A stretch of 17,725 bases of DNA from an uncultured Candidatus Sumerlaeota bacterium (lineage in GTDB: Bacteria; Sumerlaeota; Sumerlaeia; SLMS01; JAHLLQ01): assembly GCA_964440195.1 (NCBI GenBank), contig CAYTRP010000005.1, positions 1,757 to 19,481 of the forward strand, written 5' to 3'. The notes beneath the pieces are model-generated. The model made no database searches. It saw only the letters and a list, made by a program, of their open reading frames with translations, and was not told the origin of the DNA. Shown in pieces: positions 7,842 through 15,162 of the stretch. A program made the translations under genes and the position numbers. Numbering within the stretch: the stretch's first letter is position 1; each line of letters starts with the position of its first letter.

Positions 7842-9323
7842 CTACTGATCCCGATAGAGTGTCGACTGGAGGCGTGCCATCCGGTGAAGTCGGATGACGA
7901 AGGGGATCTCGATTCCGAACGGTCGCAGGAGAATCAGAAATGCCGCGCCGAGAATGAGAACAACCGCGGCAAGGAAACCCGAGGTTGAGTTCGACTCCAG
8001 AGCAATGCTTGTTGCAATCAGTACTATCGCGAATGCGATCAGGCCCACGAGCGATCTGTACGATGACAACAGCCAGAGATGGATTGGACGTATTGCCGCA
8101 ATGCCCAAGATGGCGTCGGCAAGGATCAAGGCGAGTAGGTCTTGGCGATACAAGGAAGGATAATCGTTCAGTATCCAATCTTCCATGATGTGACGAGCAA
8201 CGATGAGCAGGATCGTCATGGTCACGCAGGCCGTGACCACGGGCGCACGGAGGATTGCTGCGCCAAGGCGAACGTTGCCAACAAGGAGTGGCACCGGCTG
8301 GCGTCGCCAGGCAGAAAACTGCATCCATGCCCACGTCGCCGCGAGGGCGGCCATGCAGCAGGGAAGGTAGAGCGGCAAGTCTCGCTCGACCAACACGGAA
8401 AGGACGCCATAGTCCGTACTGTATCGTTGGAGACTCAGGAGGATCAGCATGCCCACATAGCCGATCACGGAGGCGACCAATATGCCGGGCCGCAGCCGGG
8501 CCACCTGCGTTGTGTGTTGGAAGAGAAGGGTCGCTTGGCGACTTGCGGAAAGTCGGCGCCACAACACCCTCGCGGAGTCTGGGTCGGTGTCTGCTGCATC
8601 CGCTGGCCGATCCATGCGATAGATTGCCCAACCCGGAATGGAACGAAAGGCCAGCACACTCGCCATCGCGGAGAGGGTCATCCAGGAGATGATGACGCCC
8701 ACGATGAATCGATCTTCGAAGTTGGCCACCCACTGCCCCCTGCCGTAGCGTGGATAGATATAGTTCATTAGAAAACTAAAGAGATACATTGCGAGGAAGT
8801 GGGACCCAATAACGAGGATGACTGCTCCAAACAATCGCATCAGCGACGGTCGAGCCAATTGCGTGAAGAGGCATCCCAAAACAAAGGCGAGCGAAGTGGC
8901 TGTCGCCAACAGGAAAGCAATCATGGTCATTACCATCCAAGATTGCGGAATGAGCGGCCATCCCAATATGCCGTGAACAAAGGCAAAAGAAAGCAGATAC
9001 GCGAAAACCGCTACTCCGGTCATGACGAGCGGCCAGAAGACAAGGCCCACCTGAATCGCCCGGGGATTCATCCCCGACAAGTACAATTGCTCTGCCAAGG
9101 ATGGCTCAAGAGCAGGTTTAAGGAGTACAAAGAGCAGAGGGACCAACAGAAAAACGGCAAGCACGGCGAATGGCGGTGAGTCACCACCAATGAAGGCAAT
9201 GGTTGCATACGCCATCATGAACGGGGCGACAATCCACAGCCTCCTCCCACTCCGCCGCCACGGCGTGGCACGTTGCAGGATCGGGTTGTCGTCGAGCAGC
9301 GCGCGCCATCGCGACAGCATCAT
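7842..9323 (-). CDS. Large polytopic integral membrane protein (~12 TM, 493 aa), family not recognised
   Basis: Hydrophobic segments run throughout the protein. It has an ATGA overlap with the amidohydrolase gene at 9320-9323. Codon usage is consistent with the rest of the operon. Confidence 0.6.
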   Translation of the reverse strand: MMLSRWRALLDDNPILQRATPWRRSGRRLWIVAPFMMAYATIAFIGGDSPPFAVLAVFLLVPLLFVLLKPALEPSLAEQLYLSGMNPRAIQVGLVFWPLVMTGVAVFAYLLSFAFVHGILGWPLIPQSWMVMTMIAFLLATATSLAFVLGCLFTQLARPSLMRLFGAVILVIGSHFLAMYLFSFLMNYIYPRYGRGQWVANFEDRFIVGVIISWMTLSAMASVLAFRSIPGWAIYRMDRPADAADTDPDSARVLWRRLSASRQATLLFQHTTQVARLRPGILVASVIGYVGMLILLSLQRYSTDYGVLSVLVERDLPLYLPCCMAALAATWAWMQFSAWRRQPVPLLVGNVRLGAAILRAPVVTACVTMTILLIVARHIMEDWILNDYPSLYRQDLLALILADAILGIAAIRPIHLWLLSSYRSLVGLIAFAIVLIATSIALESNSTSGFLAAVVLILGAAFLILLRPFGIEIPFVIRLHRMARLQSTLYRDQ

Positions 9324-10315
9324 GGTCTCCTCTCCCCCGCCGAACCCTCGGGGAAGAAGAGGCTTCTCACCTCGTCCGTCATCTCCGCCAACCGTTCGAT
9401 ACGGCGCGGGTCCACGGCGGGCGCGAGTTCACACGCCAATTTCACCTCCCGCGCCATGTCGAGGAATTCGTTGCTGGCGAGGCTATCGGTGCCGAGGTGC
9501 GTTGGGATGCCGGCGTCGAGAAGCCGCTTTAGCGGAAACGCGCCGCGATTGAAAAACACATGGGTGCCGGGGCAGACGACGACATGGCACCCGGATTTCG
9601 AGAGAATCGCGATGTCCATGTCGTCGATGTCGTTGCAGTGTGCCAGCAATGTGCGCGGGCCCAGCACGCCGAGCGACGCGAGATGCGGAATGGGGCGCAG
9701 GCGCGGGGGTTCCCACTCCGGGGGCAACACGCCGGCGTCGTGGAGGAAGTCCTTGAGAGGGCCCGATCCCTGCTCCAACATTTGGGTCTCCCCGGGTGTC
9801 TCGGCGGCGTGGATGCACAGCCATTGGCGGCGCCGCGCGGCCTCGGCATGGGCGGAGAGGAGCAGGGGCGCGGTCGTGGTGTAGGGTGCGTGTGGCGAGA
9901 GCCCCCACGCGTGGCGGGGTTCGAGGGGCTGCGCCTGCTGGCGTGCGAGGGCCCGCTCGACCGTCTCCCGCGCGCGGGTGGCGTCGAAGGCGATCATCTC
10001 GGTGAAGGAAAGCACCGGAAAGGGTGCCTCGCCCAGCAGGCGGGGAGTCACGCCCATGGCATCGATATCAAGCAGCGCGGTCGTGCCGGAGTCGGCCATC
10101 TGGCGAAGGGCCCGTCGAATTCCGGCGCGCACGGCCTCGGGACCGGCGGCGCGCTTGAGGACGACGAGTCGCTCCAGCCAACCAACGAAGTCGATCCCCA
10201 TGGGGAGAGCGCCCCGGAGGAAGGAGAGTTCGAGATGGGCGTGGGCGTTGAAATACACGGCTAACCTGGGCGTTGGGGAGAGGTGATGGACTTGCCACGG
10301 AGGCGCGGAGGACAC
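9320..10315 (-). CDS. Amidohydrolase-superfamily protein (chlorohydrolase/nucleoside-deaminase-like metal-dependent hydrolase)
   Basis: It has an N-terminal HxH motif (NAHAHLE) and a C-terminal block LAHCNDID...VVVCPG...LGTDSLASN typical of the MtaD/SsnA/cytosine-deaminase amidohydrolase branch. GTG at 10315 has no obvious Shine-Dalgarno sequence. An alternative start at GTG ~10250 (MYFNAHAHL...) is preceded by AGGT. Confidence 0.55.
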   Translation of the reverse strand: MSSAPPWQVHHLSPTPRLAVYFNAHAHLELSFLRGALPMGIDFVGWLERLVVLKRAAGPEAVRAGIRRALRQMADSGTTALLDIDAMGVTPRLLGEAPFPVLSFTEMIAFDATRARETVERALARQQAQPLEPRHAWGLSPHAPYTTTAPLLLSAHAEAARRRQWLCIHAAETPGETQMLEQGSGPLKDFLHDAGVLPPEWEPPRLRPIPHLASLGVLGPRTLLAHCNDIDDMDIAILSKSGCHVVVCPGTHVFFNRGAFPLKRLLDAGIPTHLGTDSLASNEFLDMAREVKLACELAPAVDPRRIERLAEMTDEVRSLFFPEGSAGERRP

Positions 10316-10460
10316 GGAGAAAAATGAAGAAGTACGAACGGGTCCGACGGGGAGTCCATTGATCCTGCCCGGTGCCCTTTGTGCCTTCGTGGTAAATCAA
10401 TTCTTGGGCCGATGTCCGCGAGGGCCGCAACCGGGAGCTTGCCGTTTCCCGCGCCCATGG

Positions 10461-10490
10461 TTGAATTTCCGGTTTCGGCGTCCGTATAGG
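10461..10490 (+). promoter_or_regulatory. Candidate sigma70-type promoter: TTGAAT, 18 nt spacer, TATAGG
   Basis: The -35 box is at 10461-10466 and the -10 box at 10485-10490. They lie about 50 nt upstream of the ATG of the SPFH gene, in the 226-bp divergent intergenic region. Confidence 0.3.
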
Positions 10491-10541
10491 TGTGGGTACA
10501 CCCCTTGCGTGTCCGCCAGTCATTCGACCAGGAGAGACCAA

Positions 10542-11579
10542 ATGCTGCCGATCCCGTGGGTCATCACCGTGCAGGAGAAGAGTGCCGCCATCATCGAACG
10601 CTTCGGGAAATTCTCCCGCGTCGCCAAGCCGGGCGTCAACCTGCTGCTGCCATTCGAGGCCGTCTCCGGCCGGGTCAGCCTGCGCGTGCACGAACTCTAT
10701 GTGAATGTGGAAACGAAGACGCTCGACGATGTGTTCGTCAAGATCACCGTCGCCGTGCAGTATCACATCATGCCCGACCGCATCCGCGAGGCGCACTACG
10801 AGTTGGCCAACCCGCAGATGCAGATCGAGTCGTTCGTGTATGACGAGGTCCGCGCCGTCGTGCCGAAGATGAAGCTGGACGACGTCTTCCAGAACAAGGA
10901 CGAGATCGCCAACGCGGTGAAGGGCGGCCTCGAGGACACGATGAACCAGTATGGCTACAACATCGTGAAGACGCTGGTGAACGACATCGATCCGGACGCC
11001 AACGTGAAGAGGGCAATGAACGAGATCAACGCGGCCCAGCGCATCCGCCGCGCGAGCGAGGAGCGTGGCGAGGCGGAGAAGATCCTGCGCATCAAGCAGG
11101 CGGAAGCGGAGGCGGAGTCGATGCGACTGCGCGGCAAGGGCGTCGCCGACCAGCGCAAGGCCATTGTGGACGGCCTGCGCGACAGCGTGCTGGAATTCTC
11201 GCAGGCCGTTCCCGGCACGCGCCCCGGGGATGTGATGCAGCTTGTTGTCATGACGCAGTATTTCGACACGCTGAAGGAGGTCGGCGCGCAGTCGCGCACC
11301 AACACGATCATGATCCCTCACTCTCCCAGCGCCGTGCGCGGCATCGCCGAGGACCTGCAATCGTCCGTCATGATCGGCAGCCTCGTCGCCGCCAAGGTCA
11401 GAGAGGCGAACGAGGACATGCCCCTTCCGCCGCCGGACAATTCCGGCTCGACCACCGAAAGCGGCGGCGGCAACTCGGAGAGCCCGATCAGCAGTTTTTC
11501 TCCCGTCGAGGAGTTTGATCCCAAACAAGCCGCCCGCGAGGAGGAGCCGTATCCCCGCACGTCGCCACCACGCAAGTAG
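10542..11579 (+). CDS. SPFH/band-7 (stomatin/prohibitin-like) domain protein with a low-complexity Ser/Pro/Glu-rich C-terminus
   Basis: Start ATG at 10542 with RBS GGAGAG at 10531-10536; the upstream part of the listed ORF is a GC-rich shadow frame. It has an SPFH core (IIERFGKF...VNLLLPFE...KTLDDVFV...) followed by a coiled-coil, Ala/Glu-rich segment. There is no N-terminal TM helix. Confidence 0.65.
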   Translation: MLPIPWVITVQEKSAAIIERFGKFSRVAKPGVNLLLPFEAVSGRVSLRVHELYVNVETKTLDDVFVKITVAVQYHIMPDRIREAHYELANPQMQIESFVYDEVRAVVPKMKLDDVFQNKDEIANAVKGGLEDTMNQYGYNIVKTLVNDIDPDANVKRAMNEINAAQRIRRASEERGEAEKILRIKQAEAEAESMRLRGKGVADQRKAIVDGLRDSVLEFSQAVPGTRPGDVMQLVVMTQYFDTLKEVGAQSRTNTIMIPHSPSAVRGIAEDLQSSVMIGSLVAAKVREANEDMPLPPPDNSGSTTESGGGNSESPISSFSPVEEFDPKQAAREEEPYPRTSPPRK

Positions 11580-11588
11580 GAGAATCCC

Positions 11589-11849
11589 GTGGGCGTAAAG
11601 AAGCCGATTTCGCCAGAGCCCTCGCGCACGCTGGACATCACGCTCGACGTGTGCCCGATGACGTTCGTGAAGACGAAGCTGGAACTGGAGGAGATGGAAC
11701 CGGGAGCGATTCTCGAGGTCCATGTCCGCGACGGCGAATCGCGGCTGAATGTCGTGCGCTCGTGCAGGCAGGAGGGGAATGTCGTGCATGTGGAAGAGCC
11801 AATGGGGGACGGGATTTGGCGGTTGTTGATTGGGCGGAAAGGCAAGTAG
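11589..11849 (+). CDS. TusA-like (SirA/YedF/YeeD family) sulfur-carrier protein
   Basis: LDITLDVCPMTFVKTKLELEEMEPGAILEV contains the family's CPxP active-site signature. GTG start with RBS AGGAGA at 11578-11583. Confidence 0.65.
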   Translation: MGVKKPISPEPSRTLDITLDVCPMTFVKTKLELEEMEPGAILEVHVRDGESRLNVVRSCRQEGNVVHVEEPMGDGIWRLLIGRKGK

Positions 11850-11927
11850 ATCGGACGAATCAATCGGACATGACCGATTCGCCGGAGGAATTCAAAAAAG
11901 AAACAATTTCCCAAAAGGCCCCACCAC

Positions 11928-12776
11928 TTGCCCGTCGAACGCTTCACCAACGACCAGATCGAACGCTACGCGCGGCACATCATCCTGCCGCAGGTGGGTG
12001 GCAAGGGCCAGCGCCGCCTGCTCGATTCGCGCGTGCTCGTGGTGGGCGCGGGTGGGTTGGGGAGTCCCGTGTTGCTTTATCTCGCGGCGGCGGGCGTCGG
12101 CACGCTCGACGTCGTGGACTTCGACGCGGTGGATGCGTCCAATCTGCAGCGGCAAGTAATCCATTCGACGGCGAGTATCGGACACCCCAAGGCCCACTCG
12201 GCGGCGGAGGCGATTCGCGCACTGAATCCCGACGTCAACGTCGTCGTCCACGAGACGGCGCTGTTGCCGGGCAATGCGCTGGATCTGTTTGCCAAGGCCG
12301 ATGTGATCGTGGAAGGGAGCGACAATTTCCCGACGCGGTATCTTGTCAACGATGCCGCTTTTTTCGCGCGCAAGCCACTGGTCAGCGGGGCGTTGTTCCA
12401 GTTCGAGGGGCAGGTCACGGTCTTCCCCAACGACGGTGGCGCGGATTCGCCGTGCCTGCGGTGCCTGTTTCCGGAACCGCCCCCGCCGGGGCTGGTGCCG
12501 TCGTGCCAGGAAGCGGGAATCCTCGGCGCCATCCCGGGGATTGTCGGGAGCGTGCAGGCCACCGAGGTCCTCAAGCTGCTGCTCGGCATTGGCCAGCCGC
12601 TGGTGGGGCGCCTGCTGACGTTCGACGCGCTGGCCATGCGGTGGCGCGAGATTCGATTGCGTCGCAATCCGCGTTGTCCCCTCAACGGGGATGCGCCCAG
12701 CATCACGACGGTGCTGGACGATTACGGTCAGGCGGCGGCTGGCTGCAACGCGAGGCCCTTGCCGGAGAATTCATGA
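11928..12776 (+). CDS. ThiF/MoeB/HesA-family E1-like adenylyltransferase (no rhodanese domain)
   Basis: ERYARHIILPQVGGKGQRRLLDSRVLVVGAGGLGSP is the Rossmann/ATP-binding motif, with CLRC and Cys-containing motifs downstream. The only plausible start is TTG 11928; no ATG or GTG exists in the open frame after the stop at 11871. It is preceded by an AT-rich patch at 11891-11918. Confidence 0.65.
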   Translation: MPVERFTNDQIERYARHIILPQVGGKGQRRLLDSRVLVVGAGGLGSPVLLYLAAAGVGTLDVVDFDAVDASNLQRQVIHSTASIGHPKAHSAAEAIRALNPDVNVVVHETALLPGNALDLFAKADVIVEGSDNFPTRYLVNDAAFFARKPLVSGALFQFEGQVTVFPNDGGADSPCLRCLFPEPPPPGLVPSCQEAGILGAIPGIVGSVQATEVLKLLLGIGQPLVGRLLTFDALAMRWREIRLRRNPRCPLNGDAPSITTVLDDYGQAAAGCNARPLPENS

Positions 12777-13513
12777 GCGACTTTCCCGACGCCCCCGTTG
12801 ACCTTCCCTATGACGCGCTTTTCCTCGGCGCGCATCCCGATGACGTGGAGATCCTCGCCGGCGGAACCGTTGCACGTCTGGTCGCCATGGGGCGGCGTGT
12901 GCTGGTGGTCGATGCCACGCGCGGCGAGATGGGGACGCGCGGGACACCCGAAGAAAGAGCGCGGGAGGCCGCGGACGCCGCCAGGATTCTCGGCGTTCCC
13001 CGGTTGAACCTCGATCTCCCGGACGGCCATGTGGGCGGCGACCTCCCGGGCGCCACGCGCGCGATGGTGCGCCTGCTTCGACACGCTCGTCCTCGCACCG
13101 TCTTCACGCATGAGCCGGACGATCATCATCCCGACCACAACGCGGTGAGCCGCGCGGTGAAGGACGCTTTTTTCCAGGCCAACGTGCTGAAGTATGAAAC
13201 CGGGCAACCGCGCCACAAGACTCGCCGAGTGTTTCACTTTGTCGGGACGCGTGACCGCTGGCCCCCGCCGCCGTCGTTCGTCGTGGACATCACCGACGCG
13301 TGGGAAACGAAGCTCGCGGCGCTGCGCGCGTTTCGCTCCCAACTGCACAATCCGGATTACGTGGGGCCCGAGACATACGTCAGCAGCGACATCGCCTGGC
13401 ACTTCCTGGAAGGCCGGGCGTCCTTCTTTGGTTCGTTGATCGGGGTGCGCTATGCGGAGGGTTTCCGGGCCGTGGCTCCCTTGCGGATCGACGACCCCAC
13501 CCAGCTCGCGTAG
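12773..13513 (+). CDS. PIG-L/LmbE-family N-acetylglucosaminyl deacetylase (BshB/MshB-like)
   Basis: AHPDDVEI (the HPDD motif), HPDH and the overall LmbE pattern are present. ATG 12773 overlaps the ThiF TGA (ATGA). The listed 620-aa ORF is this gene plus an upstream shadow extension. Confidence 0.65.
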   Translation: MSDFPDAPVDLPYDALFLGAHPDDVEILAGGTVARLVAMGRRVLVVDATRGEMGTRGTPEERAREAADAARILGVPRLNLDLPDGHVGGDLPGATRAMVRLLRHARPRTVFTHEPDDHHPDHNAVSRAVKDAFFQANVLKYETGQPRHKTRRVFHFVGTRDRWPPPPSFVVDITDAWETKLAALRAFRSQLHNPDYVGPETYVSSDIAWHFLEGRASFFGSLIGVRYAEGFRAVAPLRIDDPTQLA

Positions 13514-13516
13514 GGG

Positions 13517-13750
13517 TTATTGCCTACGCGCCGGAACCGCGCGCGGACGAGTCGAGAGCCCCGGACGGAACTTGTCGTACTCGAGGATATATTCCCCCCA
13601 CTCCGACCCGGCCATGCTGAAACCCCAAAGCGACTCCAGCATCATGCGCGCTTCGTTTTGCTCCACCGTCAGATCCATGGACGTCGCCTGCAAGGGCGAC
13701 TCCAACATCGAGCGCACGAGGTGCATCTGCATTTTGAGGTCGTTTGCCAT
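13517..13750 (-). CDS. Small acidic hypothetical protein (77 aa)
   Basis: GC3 is about 80%, as in genuine genes. It is convergent with the LmbE gene, and the two stop codons are 3 nt apart. No family recognised. Confidence 0.4.
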   Translation of the reverse strand: MANDLKMQMHLVRSMLESPLQATSMDLTVEQNEARMMLESLWGFSMAGSEWGEYILEYDKFRPGLSTRPRAVPARRQ

Positions 13751-13883
13751 GAGGGGGGGCTCCGCGGGAGGGAAGTGTTGCCAACGGGGGCGGAAAAGCC
13801 GTCGAAACGGACGTGGCTAACTGACATCTCCAGCGTGCCTGCCTGTCAAGGGCGATGCTCCCCCAAGATCCCGAAGCGGACTC

Positions 13884-15023
13884 ATGCGCCTCCAACTCCT
13901 CACCATCAGCAACTTCCGCCTTCTGGAATCGGTCTCCTTCGAGCCCGCGGAGGGGATCTCGCTGTTGTCGGGCGCGAATGCGCAGGGGAAGACCAGTCTG
14001 TTGGAGGCCGTCTGTTATCTCTCGACCGGCCGCAGCTTTCGGGCGAGGCTTGACCGTGAGGTCATCGCACGAGCAAAAAATGGAACTCAAGTCAAAGAAA
14101 ATCAGGTCTTTGCATCTGTCGAGGGGCTCTTTTCTCGCCAAGGGAGCCAACGCCGCATCCGCCTCGCGATCCAGTCGCAGACCAAGTCCGTCTGGATCGA
14201 CGGAAAGCCCCTGAAGGCCCTGACGGGCCTGTGGGGCCTGCTGCCGACAGTTTGCTTTGTACCGGCTGATCTGGGCCTTGTGCAAGGTCCGCCACTTGGC
14301 AGACGGACCCTTCTGGATCGTCTATTGGGACAGCTTGACGGCTCATTTTTATCCGCCCTTTCCGCCTACAGTCAGGCACTCCAGAGCCGGAATGCCCTCC
14401 TTCGCCATCCGCATCCGTCGACCACTCAAATGGCTGCGTTTGAGTCCACCATGGCGGAGCACGGCACCCGGCTTTTGCTGAAGCGGGCATGGCTGGTGAA
14501 GGCGCTGCAGCAGGCGGCGGCCCCCCTGATGGGGCAGTTGAGCCACGGAAAAGAGGTTCTGACGTTGCAGTACGAGGCCGGCCTTCCGCCCGGTTTCCCG
14601 CTCTTGGCGGAGGCGGAGTCCGAAACCCGGGCGGCGCTGACTGCCATGTGGCAGGAAGGGAGAAAGCGCGACCTCGAGCGCCGGCAGACGCTGGATGGTC
14701 CACACCGGGACGACATCCGTTTTGATCTGGATGGTCAGGACATCCGGCGATTCGGAAGCCAGGGCCAGTCCCGATCCTTGGTGCTGGCGCTGCGTTTGTC
14801 CGAGGTGGCGCTGGTGGAACAGGTCACGGGGGCCGCGCCCTTGCTGCTGCTGGACGACATTCTCGGCGAGTTGGACGCCGAACGGGGGGAGAGTTTCCTC
14901 CACCTCGTGGCGGAGCGGGAACTCCAGACTCTGGTCACGGCCACCAACGCCCACCCGGTGGAAAAACATCTGCCGGTGCAAAGGCGCTTTCTGGTTGAAA
15001 ACGGCCGGATTGTCCCCGCCTGA
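13884..15023 (+). CDS. recF: DNA replication and repair protein RecF
   Basis: The N-terminus L.ISNFR.LE...F.P..G...L.G.NAQGKTSLLEA (Walker A GKT) and the C-terminal signature LLLDDILGELD (Walker B) form the typical RecF architecture at about 379 aa. Confidence 0.85.
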   Translation: MRLQLLTISNFRLLESVSFEPAEGISLLSGANAQGKTSLLEAVCYLSTGRSFRARLDREVIARAKNGTQVKENQVFASVEGLFSRQGSQRRIRLAIQSQTKSVWIDGKPLKALTGLWGLLPTVCFVPADLGLVQGPPLGRRTLLDRLLGQLDGSFLSALSAYSQALQSRNALLRHPHPSTTQMAAFESTMAEHGTRLLLKRAWLVKALQQAAAPLMGQLSHGKEVLTLQYEAGLPPGFPLLAEAESETRAALTAMWQEGRKRDLERRQTLDGPHRDDIRFDLDGQDIRRFGSQGQSRSLVLALRLSEVALVEQVTGAAPLLLLDDILGELDAERGESFLHLVAERELQTLVTATNAHPVEKHLPVQRRFLVENGRIVPA

Positions 15024-15162
15024 AAATCGGGCAGATTAATACTTGCCAATCCGGGCGCTCTTCCCGCATACGAATGCTGGCCGGTATTGAGGGAAACTTC
15101 AACCCGGCCTCTATTACGACCGGTCCCGCGCTCGGGGCCCGCATCGCCAACGGGGGAACGCA

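Noticed and set aside
10359-10541. A 61-codon N-terminal extension of the SPFH protein
   Set aside because: The extension is Arg/Pro/Cys-rich and lies in the divergent promoter region. ATG 10542 has a good GGAGAG Shine-Dalgarno sequence.
11651-12772. N-terminal 370 codons of the 620-aa ORF (11651-13513), and similar long ORFs such as 10068-11789(-), 5722-6483(-), 5854-6642(+), 6953-7897(+) and 3166-3714(+)
   Set aside because: Their translations are Arg/Gly/Pro-rich with no protein-like features. They overlap genes that have clear family signatures on the same or opposite strand. These are shadow ORFs expected in ~65% GC DNA. Only the last 246 codons of 11651-13513 (the LmbE deacetylase) are real.
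15024-15162. Possible structured element between recF and the GH57-like gene
   Set aside because: Only short imperfect GC-rich complementarity (ggtcccgcgctcggggcc). There is no convincing hairpin or promoter hexamers.
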